From the NCBI GenBank assembly GCA_029260965.1, contig JAJDCG010000002.1:124707-188706 (forward strand): 64,000 nt of DNA, given 5' to 3'. Numbering within the stretch: position 1 is the first letter of the stretch; every line of letters begins with the position of its first letter. Below the pieces are notes generated by a model. That model had not been told where the DNA came from, searched no databases, and worked only from the letters and a program-made list of their open reading frames with translations. This DNA is from Candidatus Levyibacteriota bacterium. GTDB lineage: Bacteria; Patescibacteriota; Microgenomatia; Levybacterales; UBA12049. Shown in pieces: positions 10,487 to 20,636 of this stretch. Made by a program: the position numbers and the translations under genes.

Positions 10487-11173
10487 TTAGGAGTTAGAGG
10501 TTAGGGAAAGTAGGGTGTTTTCAATTGCAAAGCGTGGATTTACATTTGTGGTTTTGAGAAGTGTATGGAGAGACTGCATTGCACCAAGGGCTTCACGCGT
10601 ACTGCGAGTACCACCTGCTTCATTTATCATTTGTCCGTGGAGAATGCGGATGAGTTGTTCAATCCAGACGATTGCTTTATCTTTGTCTTTGGCTAGTATT
10701 TCTGCTTTCTTGAGTCTATCCCCTATCTTCATTGATGGGAGAGCTTTTATAAATTCTTCAAGCGTTTCTCTCCCCTCTCCCGATAAATGGGTTGTAGATT
10801 TTTCGAGTTTAATTATCTGACAACGGGAGAGTATGGTTGGTAGAAGTTTTTCAGTTGTTCCCGTGCCTAGCATGATGTAGGTATTGGTTGGTGGTTCCTC
10901 AAGGACTTTGAGAAGTGAGTTTTGCGCTTCAGTTGTGAGAAGGTCTGCGTCTTCTATGATTACGGCTTTTTCTTTGGAGTTTACTGGTTTGAGAAATATT
11001 TTCTTCTGTATTTTTTTGACATCATCAATACCTATGCTTTGTAGATTTTTGGAATCTTCTTCCTTTTGGATAAAAGTTATATCAAATCTGTCGATATTTT
11101 TTTTCTCAAAAAAATCCTTTGCGAATTCTTCCCTCTTTTTCTTATCAACTGATACAACAACAAAACTTGTCAT
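10487..11173 (-). CDS. holB: DNA polymerase III delta-prime-like clamp-loader subunit
   Basis: ILSRCQ motif and AAA+ fold without an intact Walker A. The start was placed at the internal ATG (MTSFVVV...), which has a TATAAT 6 nt upstream; the longer ORF to 11260 has an implausible N-terminal extension. Confidence 0.65.
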   Translation of the reverse strand: MTSFVVVSVDKKKREEFAKDFFEKKNIDRFDITFIQKEEDSKNLQSIGIDDVKKIQKKIFLKPVNSKEKAVIIEDADLLTTEAQNSLLKVLEEPPTNTYIMLGTGTTEKLLPTILSRCQIIKLEKSTTHLSGEGRETLEEFIKALPSMKIGDRLKKAEILAKDKDKAIVWIEQLIRILHGQMINEAGGTRSTREALGAMQSLHTLLKTTNVNPRFAIENTLLSLTSNS

Positions 11174-11271
11174 AAGGCTATTATAGCAGTATAATATCCC
11201 TATATGGATAGTAAAGAAACAATAAGAAGGAGCAGGATAGTTTCTATAGAGCAAGAGCAAAGAGAAAGTAA

Positions 11272-11604
11272 TGGATATACCAGGGACCTAGAATAAGAAA
11301 GACTCCAGATTCAAGCTGGATAGGAGACGCAAGGTGTAAAGATACAGATCCTAAAATATTTGAACGTGAAAAAACTAGAGGAAAGGATGGATTAGTAGTT
11401 GTTGAATTTCCTGATAATGGGAGATCGGCAAAACGCATTTGTGCAAAATGTCCAGTTGTCGATAGCTGCTTGCAATATGCAATTCAAACAAGAGATGAGT
11501 TAACTATTAGAGGTGGCTTAACGCCTGATGAAAGAAAACGTTATCGGGGTTTGCATTCAGATCCTGCAAAGGCGAGTTATCTAATATCTGCGAGGAAAGT
11601 TTAA
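11272..11604 (+). CDS. WhiB-like (Wbl) 4Fe-4S transcription factor. The open frame has no canonical in-frame start; the nearest ATG (11271) is 1 nt out of frame.
   Basis: The translation includes ...SSWIGDARCKDTDPKIFE...SAKRICAKCPVVDSCLQYAIQTRDELTIRGGLTPDERKRYRG. It has the C-x(n)-C-x2-C-x5-C cluster, a G[VI]WGG-like turn (IRGG) and a basic tail. Absent from the ORF track because there is no ATG. Confidence 0.6.
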   Translation, partial: WIYQGPRIRKTPDSSWIGDARCKDTDPKIFEREKTRGKDGLVVVEFPDNGRSAKRICAKCPVVDSCLQYAIQTRDELTIRGGLTPDERKRYRGLHSDPAKASYLISARKV

Positions 11605-11664
11605 TGATGTAATTTTTAGCTTTACCAATTGACTTGACCGCCTCTATTTCATACTATAATAGTA

Positions 11665-13401
11665 ATGCCCGATATACAATCTACACCTTCAGTTCAGTTG
11701 ACTGATCCAAAGTCAATTATAGATATACTCTTATCAGAGAATTTACTGACAAAAGAACAATATGATGCTGTTTCTGTAAAGGCTGCATCCGATGGAAGAT
11801 CCCCTACTGAAGTTTTGAAAGAAATGGGCTTGGTTTCTGAAGATCAGATCGGCAAAGCGCTGGCACAGCTTGTGGGAGTGCCCTATGTTGATTTGAGCAA
11901 TGTTTCATTTTCTCCGCAGGCAATTGGATTTTTAACACGTCCAGTTGTTGAAAGATTTTCCCTCATTCCTTTTCATTATGACGAAAAAGAGGGTACGTTG
12001 TCCGTTGCGATGGCAGATCCTCTTAATCTTGATGCGGTGACTTTTATAGGTCAAAAAACAGGACTTAGTATAAAATCTTTTGCTGCAAGTCCATCTGATA
12101 TCAAAAAAGCCATTGATCTGCAATATCAACATGGGTTGGCTGGTGATGTTGGCGAGGCAATAAAAGAAACAGAGGAGTTTAGAAAAGAAAGAACAGTTGA
12201 TAGTTCTGAAATAGGACAAATAATTCACGAAGCTCCGATTGCCAAGATTGTTTCAACGATTCTCGAATATGCTGTAAATTCAAGAGCGTCTGATGTGCAC
12301 ATTGAGCCACAGGAGGATCGCGTGAGAGTGCGCTATAGAATTGACGGAATTTTATATGACAAGCTCAGTCTGCCAATCAGTGTGCAGGAGTCGCTTACAT
12401 CGCGTATAAAAATCTTAGCCCAAATGAAAATTGATGAGCACAGGATTCCTCAGGATGGCAGGTTGAATTTCAAAGTAAAGGATCAAGAAGTTGACTTGCG
12501 TGTTTCAACTGTACCTACTGTCAAGGGTGAGAGTATTGCCATGAGGCTTTTGAGAAAAAGTGGCGGAATACCCACTCTTCAAGAGTTGGGTCTGGGTGGA
12601 TCAGCGCTCAAATCTCTGGAAACAGCAGCACTTCGTGCGCATGGGATAATACTTGTTTGTGGGCCAACTGGTTCAGGAAAAACAACAACACTTTATGCAC
12701 TTCTTTCGCGTCTAAATACGACCAGGGTTAACATCGCTTCTCTGGAGGATCCTGTAGAGTATGAGATTCCTGGAGTTAATCAGGTTCAGATCAATCCAGC
12801 AGTTGGTTTGACTTTTGCATCGGGCTTGAGATCTTTTTTGCGACAGGATCCAAATATAATACTTGTTGGAGAGGTAAGAGATGGTGAAACAACTGATCTA
12901 GCTATTCAGGCAGCATTAACTGGACATCTTGTTTTCTCAACACTTCATACATCTGATGCAGCAGGCGCACTTCCTCGCCTCATGGACCTGGGAGCAGAGA
13001 CTTTTTTGCTTTCATCAACAGTAAATGCGATTGTTGCGCAACGAATTGTCAGGAAGATCTGTCAGACCTGCAAGACGAGCTTTTCTCCACCACAGCAATT
13101 GTTGGAAGAGATAAAACTTGTTTTAGGTAGTTTTTTTCCAAAAGACAAAGAAATTATCCTTTACAAAGGTCAAGGCTGTGAGAAGTGCGCAAGGCTCGGC
13201 TATTTGGGAAGAATAGGTATATTTGAAGTCATGAACGTTGATGATAAGATTACTCGTCTTATTCTTGATAATGCAGGTAGTAGTGAGATTCAAAAGTTGG
13301 CCGTTCAGAATGGTATGATCACCATGAAGCAGGATGGTTACCTAAAAGCTTTAAGAGGTGAAACCACAATAGAGGAAGTGCTTCGGGTTGCACAAGAGTG
13401 A
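11665..13401 (+). CDS. pilB: type IV pilus assembly ATPase PilB (GspE family)
   Basis: N-terminal GSPII domain, Walker A GPTGSGKTTT and a tetracysteine motif (CQTC...CEKC). Confidence 0.9.
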   Translation: MPDIQSTPSVQLTDPKSIIDILLSENLLTKEQYDAVSVKAASDGRSPTEVLKEMGLVSEDQIGKALAQLVGVPYVDLSNVSFSPQAIGFLTRPVVERFSLIPFHYDEKEGTLSVAMADPLNLDAVTFIGQKTGLSIKSFAASPSDIKKAIDLQYQHGLAGDVGEAIKETEEFRKERTVDSSEIGQIIHEAPIAKIVSTILEYAVNSRASDVHIEPQEDRVRVRYRIDGILYDKLSLPISVQESLTSRIKILAQMKIDEHRIPQDGRLNFKVKDQEVDLRVSTVPTVKGESIAMRLLRKSGGIPTLQELGLGGSALKSLETAALRAHGIILVCGPTGSGKTTTLYALLSRLNTTRVNIASLEDPVEYEIPGVNQVQINPAVGLTFASGLRSFLRQDPNIILVGEVRDGETTDLAIQAALTGHLVFSTLHTSDAAGALPRLMDLGAETFLLSSTVNAIVAQRIVRKICQTCKTSFSPPQQLLEEIKLVLGSFFPKDKEIILYKGQGCEKCARLGYLGRIGIFEVMNVDDKITRLILDNAGSSEIQKLAVQNGMITMKQDGYLKALRGETTIEEVLRVAQE

Positions 13402-14476
13402 TTGTAGTATGAATATACAGGAATTATTAGGATTGACACTTAAAAATAATGCTTCAGATCTTCATCTGCTGGTTGGTATGCCTCCGACAATGAGGATAGA
13501 TGGGGCGTTGAGGTATCTGACAACTTATAAAATAATTACAGAGGAAGATGCGTCTGAAATGATCTTTGCTCTTCTTTCTCCTGAACAAAAAGAACTTCTT
13601 ATTACCAATAAAGAGTTAGACTTCTCATTTCCATATAAAGGTTCATCTGGACAGGAGGTCTGTAGGTTTCGTGTAAATGCATATTTTCAAAGGGGATATA
13701 TCTCTGCAGTTCTTCGCCTCTTATCCCCTGGCGTAAAGAGCATGGAAGAGTTAAATTTGCCTTCAATCTGTCATCAGTTTTCCAAGCTTAGGCAGGGATT
13801 TGTTCTGATGACAGGGCCTACTGGTCATGGTAAATCAACTACACTCGCCTCGATATTAAATGAAGTAAATAATGAACGGGCATGTCACATACTCACGATT
13901 GAGGATCCCATTGAATTCGTTTACCCCAAGGGTAATAGTATTATTTCTCAGCGTGAAATGGGTATGGATACTCATTCTTGGTCAATGGCGCTTAGATCAT
14001 CTCTACGTGAGGATCCAGATGTGGTCCTGGTTGGTGAGATGAGGGATACTGAGACAATGCAGGCTGCGATTACTCTGGCTGAGACTGGGCATCTTGTTTT
14101 TTCAACGCTTCATACCAATTCTGCATCCCAAACTATAGATAGAATAGTTGATGCATTTCCAGCAGATCAACGGTCCCAGATAAGGATTCAGCTGGCAGCT
14201 ACATTGAGAGGGATAATTTCCCAAAGGCTTCTTCCTAAAATTGGCGGTGGAAGAATTCCTGCAGTTGAAGTCTTACTTGGAACACCAGCAGTGGCAAGTA
14301 ATATTCGGGATGGAAAATCGCACTTGATAGATTCTATTATTCAGACCTCAAAAGAAATAGGTATGATTACACTTGATGAATCTCTTGCTCAGTTGGTTCG
14401 TGAAGGGCTCATAACCATGGATGATGCGAAAGCGTATTCTGAGAGGGAGGCCGATCTTCAAAGGATGGTGGGATAA
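13388..14476 (+). CDS. pilT: twitching-motility / pilus retraction ATPase PilT
   Basis: GPTGHGKSTT Walker A and the PilT signature AIxxAETGHLVFSTLHT. Confidence 0.9.
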   Translation: MHKSDCSMNIQELLGLTLKNNASDLHLLVGMPPTMRIDGALRYLTTYKIITEEDASEMIFALLSPEQKELLITNKELDFSFPYKGSSGQEVCRFRVNAYFQRGYISAVLRLLSPGVKSMEELNLPSICHQFSKLRQGFVLMTGPTGHGKSTTLASILNEVNNERACHILTIEDPIEFVYPKGNSIISQREMGMDTHSWSMALRSSLREDPDVVLVGEMRDTETMQAAITLAETGHLVFSTLHTNSASQTIDRIVDAFPADQRSQIRIQLAATLRGIISQRLLPKIGGGRIPAVEVLLGTPAVASNIRDGKSHLIDSIIQTSKEIGMITLDESLAQLVREGLITMDDAKAYSEREADLQRMVG

Positions 14477-14523
14477 GAATAAGGGTAGGGAATATTGATT
14501 AATTTCTTTATTATATATAGTAT

Positions 14524-15729
14524 ATGAAACTTTATTATAGGGCTGTTACACAAGATGGGAAGCAAATGAAGGGCATGATTGATGCACGCGATCAGCACGA
14601 GGCTGCATCTTATTTGAGGCAGCACAAACTGTTTCCAATAAAAATAAATCAGGTTACAAATACGGGTTGGAAAAGGTTCTTTCCTTTTTTGAATAAAGTT
14701 TCTACATCAGAGAAAGTTTTTTTTACAAGACAAATTTCTTCAATGTTGGCATCAGGACTCACTCTTATGCAGTCTCTAGAGATTGTTAAAAAACAAAGTC
14801 AAAGCACCTCAATGACAGAGATGATTGAGAGGATAATTGCTGATGTTCAGAACGGCAAGAGCTTTTCTCAGGCACTTGAGAAGCAGCAAAATACATTTTC
14901 GCCTATTTATATAGGTTTGGTCAAGACTGCAGAATCTTCTGGTCTCATGGATAAAACAATGTCAAGATTGGCAGATAATCTTGAAAAACAGCAGGAATTA
15001 TCAAGATCAATCAAAAACGCGCTAATGTATCCCATAATTGTTGTGGTAATGATGGTGCTTGTTGTTATAGTGATGATGGTTTTTGTAATACCACAGCTGA
15101 CAGGATTATATGATAACCTTGCTCTTTCTCTACCTTTGACTACGAGGATTGTGATAGGCTCCTCTAATTTTTTTGCTAAATATTGGCTTTTTGGAATTCT
15201 TACTTCGGTTATTGGCTATTACTATTTTAAACAATGGTACAAGGGTGAGTCTGGTAGGAAAATAGTGGATGGTTATGTCTTGAAATTGCCGGTATTTGGT
15301 AAGCTAATATCCCAAGTCATAATGGTTGAACTAACTAGGACTTTGGGTTTGTTGGTTGGTGCTGGTTCTTTGGTTGTTGAGTCTTTAATGCGTAGCTCAG
15401 AAGTAACCGATAACTATATTTATAGTCAAGCAGTGGTTTTGGTTGCAAGGCGTGTTGAGAAAGGAATCACCATGGGAGATGCTATGGAGGCAAGTGAGAT
15501 TTTTCCTCCTCTTGTCATTGAAATGGTGAAAATTGGTGAACAAACAGGAAAGCTTGATGAATCGCTCCTGAAGGCATCTGAGTATTATGAGCGCGAGGTA
15601 GATCAGACAGTAAAGACTTTAAGCACGCTTCTGGAGCCGATAATTATGGTTATTTTGGCTTTGGGAGTTGGTTTTCTTATTTTTTCCATCATCACACCTA
15701 TCTACAATCTGATTACCTCAATTAAGTAG
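14524..15729 (+). CDS. pilC: type IV pilus platform protein PilC (GspF family)
   Basis: Duplicated GspF domain polytopic membrane protein of 401 aa. Confidence 0.85.
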   Translation: MKLYYRAVTQDGKQMKGMIDARDQHEAASYLRQHKLFPIKINQVTNTGWKRFFPFLNKVSTSEKVFFTRQISSMLASGLTLMQSLEIVKKQSQSTSMTEMIERIIADVQNGKSFSQALEKQQNTFSPIYIGLVKTAESSGLMDKTMSRLADNLEKQQELSRSIKNALMYPIIVVVMMVLVVIVMMVFVIPQLTGLYDNLALSLPLTTRIVIGSSNFFAKYWLFGILTSVIGYYYFKQWYKGESGRKIVDGYVLKLPVFGKLISQVIMVELTRTLGLLVGAGSLVVESLMRSSEVTDNYIYSQAVVLVARRVEKGITMGDAMEASEIFPPLVIEMVKIGEQTGKLDESLLKASEYYEREVDQTVKTLSTLLEPIIMVILALGVGFLIFSIITPIYNLITSIK

Positions 15730-16105
15730 TTTGTGTAGATAAAACTTGTTTTATGTTTTCAGCTACCTGACCTGGCGTCATATTTACTTTTACTAAATTC
15801 ATTGTTACCATTTTTTTGTCTATGTCTTTTAAGAGCGGATCGTTTTCCAGGTTGGATAGAAGAATGATTGGGCCGATTGGATTGCTTGGTGGATCTTCAG
15901 ACAGTTTTTTTAAAACGCCTATACCATCAGTACCAGGCATGATTACATCTAGAAGTATCAGGTTATAGCGATTGGTATATAGTTTCGATAGCGCCTCATT
16001 GCCATCAGATGCAGTATCAACCTCATACCCCTCACCTATCAGAGTATCGCGGTAAATCTCGCGTATAAAAAGATCATCATCAACTACTAAAATTTTCTTG
16101 CTCAT
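15722..16105 (-). CDS. single-domain response regulator (CheY-like receiver)
   Basis: VVDDD...LILLDVIMPGTDG...K receiver motifs; no output domain. Confidence 0.8.
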   Translation of the reverse strand: MSKKILVVDDDLFIREIYRDTLIGEGYEVDTASDGNEALSKLYTNRYNLILLDVIMPGTDGIGVLKKLSEDPPSNPIGPIILLSNLENDPLLKDIDKKMVTMNLVKVNMTPGQVAENIKQVLSTQTT

Positions 16106-16159
16106 AGATTGAGGATAACAGCAGTATTGGCTAGAGTCAATGGAGGAGCGTTTAGTTTT

Positions 16160-16564
16160 TTATTTCTCAAGCATTTTTACTGCTTCCTTTGCGCACTCAG
16201 CATCTTTTTTTACATCCATTGAGCCACCTACTCCAACTCCGCCCACTACTTTGCCGTTCATTTTTACTGGTGCTCCGCCTGCTATTGCTGTGAGTTCTCC
16301 CCCAAATAAAGTGTTAAATCCGAAATAAGGTTTACCCTCCCCTGCATACGGCGCAAGTTCTTCTGTGGACGAGCCCAAGTTAGCAGATGTGTAGGCCTTT
16401 TCTAGCGCAAATTTGGGGCTGATATTTAGTGCTCCGTCCATTCTTGAAGCAGCTATTAACACCCCATGATCGTCGACTATAACAGTGGTTACTAAAACAC
16501 CTATGTCTTGGGCCATTTTTTCAGAGGCTTCTAGTGCTTGTTTTGCTTTTTTTAAAGAAATCAT
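16160..16564 (-). CDS. GlcG/HbpS-like (DUF336) putative heme-binding protein
   Basis: GGAPVKMNGKVVGGVGVGGS glycine-rich core typical of the family. Confidence 0.65.
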   Translation of the reverse strand: MISLKKAKQALEASEKMAQDIGVLVTTVIVDDHGVLIAASRMDGALNISPKFALEKAYTSANLGSSTEELAPYAGEGKPYFGFNTLFGGELTAIAGGAPVKMNGKVVGGVGVGGSMDVKKDAECAKEAVKMLEK

Positions 16565-16602
16565 TTTGTTCCTGGTATTATTATAGAGTATAGTTAATAT
16601 TT

Positions 16603-17760
16603 TTATTTGTCAAGATATGCCTTTAATAATTTGAAATCCTTGCCTGGTTGAACCTCGAGACATCTGCCGTTGTTCCACTTGAGAATCTCTTTTATCTTCC
16701 ATGATGTCTTTTCGCTCGCAACAAAAGTGCGATATGAGAATGGTTTTGAGAACCAGCTGATGTTAAAGTTTAATTTATCTGAATCTTTTTTATCGTTTTC
16801 TGCGAAATCTTGAAGTATCAAAATACCGTCGTGTTTTAGCATGTGACGTGCTATTGTTATTATCTTTTTTTGATCTTCAGGCATTTGATAACAAACAGTG
16901 CTTATGCAGATGGTGTCGTAATAGTGTTTTTTATAGAACAGTTTTTTTTTCGGGAGTTCTAGTATGTCTGATTGTAGGAATTTAATTTTTTTCACCTTCT
17001 TTAGTTTTTGCTCCATTTTTATAACATGCTTAAGCATCCCTAGTTCATTTGGGTAGAATGAGCATGTGTATCTCCATTTTTTTGAGGCAGGAAGATATGG
17101 GTTTTCTTTATCAACAGCAAGACCATGTTTGATATTTATTTTTTCTCTCAGAAGTTTTGTTAACTGTGAATCATCTGAATTATCGATGATTTTTTTGAAT
17201 TTCATTCCAGATACAATGCCTGGCAGGCCATAGTTTCCTCCGCACCCAAAATCTGCAACGTTGAGTGATTTTTCGTTTAACAATGAAGAGAGTATTATTT
17301 TTATTCCAGCATATCTTTGGTATATGGTTGTTGTTGTGTCTTTTTCTATGAGTACATTTTCAATATCATTTTTCTTGGTTTCTATGATAAGTTTTATTTC
17401 TTTTTCCCATAACTTTGGATTAATAAATTTTTTTGGATAATCCTTGTCTTTTGTCGGGAAAAGCTTTTCGAACTGAATCGTCCTAAAAAATAAATTTGCA
17501 AGATGTTTGTGGTTTATGTCCCTTTTTTTAAGTACTCTATATAAGACAGAAAAGATTGTTGGATCGGTTTTTAAAAGGTTTAGCGATGCCGAATAAAATG
17601 CCCTCATGTATTGATCATTTCCGTGCTCTGCTCTGGAAAGATCTGAAAATTCTTTTATCAAGTTTTTATATATTTTTTTTTCTTCAGGAGAAAAATGTTG
17701 TTGGTAGTTATCTCGTATTTTTTTGTTAGATATTTCTATTTTCTTGAGGTGATTGAGCAT
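16603..17760 (-). CDS. putative SAM-dependent methyltransferase, 385 aa
   Basis: Class I methyltransferase motif I (VADFGCGGNYG). Lys-rich, AT-rich. Confidence 0.5.
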   Translation of the reverse strand: MLNHLKKIEISNKKIRDNYQQHFSPEEKKIYKNLIKEFSDLSRAEHGNDQYMRAFYSASLNLLKTDPTIFSVLYRVLKKRDINHKHLANLFFRTIQFEKLFPTKDKDYPKKFINPKLWEKEIKLIIETKKNDIENVLIEKDTTTTIYQRYAGIKIILSSLLNEKSLNVADFGCGGNYGLPGIVSGMKFKKIIDNSDDSQLTKLLREKINIKHGLAVDKENPYLPASKKWRYTCSFYPNELGMLKHVIKMEQKLKKVKKIKFLQSDILELPKKKLFYKKHYYDTICISTVCYQMPEDQKKIITIARHMLKHDGILILQDFAENDKKDSDKLNFNISWFSKPFSYRTFVASEKTSWKIKEILKWNNGRCLEVQPGKDFKLLKAYLDK

Positions 17761-17815
17761 ATAGACAAAGATCAGTGTTCATTTCATTTATTTTTATGTA
17801 TAATCATTATAGGAA

Positions 17816-18688
17816 TTGCGTTTAGCGTTAGTCAAGCACATGAATAAAGAACACGGTAAGAGTCATCATTTTGAAACTTGTTCAATTTACGAAACAGAAT
17901 CCCTCCAGAAGGCAGCAGCATTAGTCGCTGAGGGAAAGCCTGTAGGTTTATACAACAGGGGGGTTTGTGCGATAATAGGAAATGGTGCGGATCCTAGCTT
18001 TTCAGAGGCAGTAAAAGAAGTGAAGGGAGAAAAAAGGGGCAACAGACCTCTTGCTGCAATGCTTCCTACAAGAAAATTCGTAGAACTTCTTGACCCAGAA
18101 AAAATCTCAGACAAGTTGCACGAAGTGTTTCTCGATGCAGATGAGCTGGCTAAGCGAACCAGTTCATTGTGCTTTATCCGTGGGCCAGTAACAGAAGAGG
18201 CTGCGCTGCTTTTGCCTGCTAGTATGGTTTTTAGGTTGGATGATGGTACGCCTGTTGTGCAAAATTGGGATCCAGAGGGAAATAATCCAGCGCATCTTTT
18301 AGTTGGTAGTATTATGGACAAGGGAGTTGCTTATCCTGCTGTTACTTCACTGAATGCAAGCGGTACTCCAGAGATAGTTGATCAGATAGAGGGTGAAAAA
18401 TTTTCTAGAGAACATGGGATTTCCCTCTTTCTTTCTGATCCAAAAGACAAGAAGAGAACCAAAGGTTCGTATTCAATTATTGGGATCAGTAATTCAGGTG
18501 TGCATTTAGTGCGTGATGGTAATGTCCCCGTTTCGTGGCTCAGAAAGATTTTGGGAATAGACATAGAGGATGGAGACGCAACACCTTCAAAGTTTGATCC
18601 ACCTGAAATCCCCAATAATTTTTTTGATAGTTCGAAGCCATTATATGATACGAGGGTTGCTGTTATTAGATATCTTCATGAAGAATAA
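17816..18688 (+). CDS. hypothetical protein, 290 aa (possible YrdC/Sua5-like fold, weak)
   Basis: ORF only; weak resemblance around PVGLYNRGVCAIIGNG. Confidence 0.4.
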   Translation: MRLALVKHMNKEHGKSHHFETCSIYETESLQKAAALVAEGKPVGLYNRGVCAIIGNGADPSFSEAVKEVKGEKRGNRPLAAMLPTRKFVELLDPEKISDKLHEVFLDADELAKRTSSLCFIRGPVTEEAALLLPASMVFRLDDGTPVVQNWDPEGNNPAHLLVGSIMDKGVAYPAVTSLNASGTPEIVDQIEGEKFSREHGISLFLSDPKDKKRTKGSYSIIGISNSGVHLVRDGNVPVSWLRKILGIDIEDGDATPSKFDPPEIPNNFFDSSKPLYDTRVAVIRYLHEE

Positions 18689-20030
18689 AACAAATAACAA
18701 TTCAGCAGACATCTTCAGTCCTCAGGTTCTTGATTCATTATGGAAGCTTCAAAAATTTATATTGGATACGCCGGATTTTGAAGGAGTTGTTCAGAGAACT
18801 GTAAATAGCATATTGGTAGAGCTCGGGTATCTTCAGCTCGGTTATCGCATATTAGTTTTGACATTGATCGACGAGAAAACGCAGACGCTCAAGCGCATAG
18901 CGCTTTCTCAAACCCCAGAGGCGGAAAGAGCGTTAAAGGCGTCTCCTGTGCCTTTTGAGAAGATAGAAATACCTCTTAGTGCAGATGATAATTTGCTGGT
19001 ACGGGCTATGAAAGAAAAAAGGCCGTTTGTTACATATTCTTGGCCAGATATATTTGTTCCTGTTTTAACTGCAGATCAGGCGATTAGCAATCAGCAAGCA
19101 GCAGGGATAAAAACAAGCATGCTTTATCCGTTAGTGGTTAAAGGCCAGGCACTTGGAGTAATGATCTTTAGTATGGTGAAGGATGAGCATCAGGTTACAG
19201 AAGGGGAAAAAATATTAATTGAAAAATTTACTGACATTGTTGGAATTGCAGTGCAGAATGCACAGCTTTACACTACCGTTAAAGACAATGCAGAAAGACT
19301 CAGACAGGCAAATGAAAAGCTGAAAGCTCTGGATAAGCTCAAGGATGAATTTGTATCGCTTGCCTCGCATGAGCTCAGAACACCCATGACAGCAGTCAGG
19401 TCGTATCTGTGGATGGTTTTGGATGAAAAAAGTGGAGAACTCAATGATAAGCAGAGGCTATATTTGCAGCGTGCATTTGACTCTGTTGATCGTCTGACCA
19501 AGCTGGTCAATGACATGTTGAATATTTCCAGAATTGAATCTGGCAGGATAACCCTAAATATGCAAAGTGTCAATGTACAGCAGTTGGTACAAGACGTTAT
19601 TGACGAAGTGACGCCCAGGGCTGTTGAGCTTGGTGTGAGTATTGTCATGGACTCTCCACCTTCCTCTGATTTATCTGTTAATGCTGATCAGGACAAGATA
19701 AAAGAGGTTATCATAAACCTTGTGGGTAATTCGCTTAAATTTACTTCAAAAGAAGGAAAAATTATTTTAGCTTTCGAGCAGAAAGAAGACATGATTCAAA
19801 TAAGTGTCAAAGATACGGGCATAGGTCTGTTGCCTAAAAATATATCAAAATTATTTCAAAAGTTCGGATTGATCCAGGATTCGTATAGTGTTAATAAGTC
19901 TGCATCAGGAACTGGTCTTGGTTTGTATATCTGTAAGTCAATAATAGAGCTTCACGGAGGAAAGATATGGGCTGAGTCCGAAGGTTTGGGTAAGGGATCA
20001 AAGTTTACTTTTTCACTAAAAGCTTCTTGA
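18678..20030 (+). CDS. GAF-domain sensor histidine kinase
   Basis: H-box SHELRTPMT and an HATPase_c G-boxes (GTGLGLYICKSIIELHGG). The start was moved to an internal ATG that overlaps the upstream stop by 11 nt. Confidence 0.8.
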   Translation: MKNKTNNNSADIFSPQVLDSLWKLQKFILDTPDFEGVVQRTVNSILVELGYLQLGYRILVLTLIDEKTQTLKRIALSQTPEAERALKASPVPFEKIEIPLSADDNLLVRAMKEKRPFVTYSWPDIFVPVLTADQAISNQQAAGIKTSMLYPLVVKGQALGVMIFSMVKDEHQVTEGEKILIEKFTDIVGIAVQNAQLYTTVKDNAERLRQANEKLKALDKLKDEFVSLASHELRTPMTAVRSYLWMVLDEKSGELNDKQRLYLQRAFDSVDRLTKLVNDMLNISRIESGRITLNMQSVNVQQLVQDVIDEVTPRAVELGVSIVMDSPPSSDLSVNADQDKIKEVIINLVGNSLKFTSKEGKIILAFEQKEDMIQISVKDTGIGLLPKNISKLFQKFGLIQDSYSVNKSASGTGLGLYICKSIIELHGGKIWAESEGLGKGSKFTFSLKAS

Positions 20031-20071
20031 TTTTTTGCATCTTGACATGTTGATAAATAAATGCTCTACTA

Positions 20072-20608
20072 ATGATAGGCATGAATAAGTTAGACAAAAA
20101 TATAAAAGGTTTCACGCTTATAGAGCTCCTCATAGCAGTTGCAATAATAGGAGTCCTCGCAGTAGGTCTATTGGCTATTATTAATCCTGCAGAACAGTTG
20201 GCAAGGGGACGTGATGGAGGTCGTAAGTCAGCAATAGCACAGCTTGGTCGTGCGGTTCTGTCATATTATACAACTCAGGGTTCAGTTTATCCACCTCCGG
20301 GAGAAATGTGGATGGATTCACTTCAGACAGCATCGGAGATCAAGACCCCCCCAACTAATCCTAGCTCAGCAGGATACACAATAGGATGTAACACTGCAAG
20401 CGCAGCACATAATGGATATTGTTATCTTACCAATAGTACTGATTCTGTAGTTTTTGCCCGAGCTGAATCAAATGCTGAAATTACCAAGGCTAATTGCGGA
20501 ACTGGTACGGCCTGGATTATATGGTCATCCCAGTTGGGAAAGACAGGTCTTACCTGTACCTCAGCAGCTACAACCGATCCTGCGATTACAGGATTAACCA
20601 TTAATTAG
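20072..20608 (+). CDS. type IV major pilin (prepilin, class III signal)
   Basis: Leader ...KG|FTLIELLIAVAIIGVLA with Glu at +5. Confidence 0.8.
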   Translation: MIGMNKLDKNIKGFTLIELLIAVAIIGVLAVGLLAIINPAEQLARGRDGGRKSAIAQLGRAVLSYYTTQGSVYPPPGEMWMDSLQTASEIKTPPTNPSSAGYTIGCNTASAAHNGYCYLTNSTDSVVFARAESNAEITKANCGTGTAWIIWSSQLGKTGLTCTSAATTDPAITGLTIN

Positions 20609-20636
20609 ATGTGGTTCTGTAAGTCGTTTCAATATT

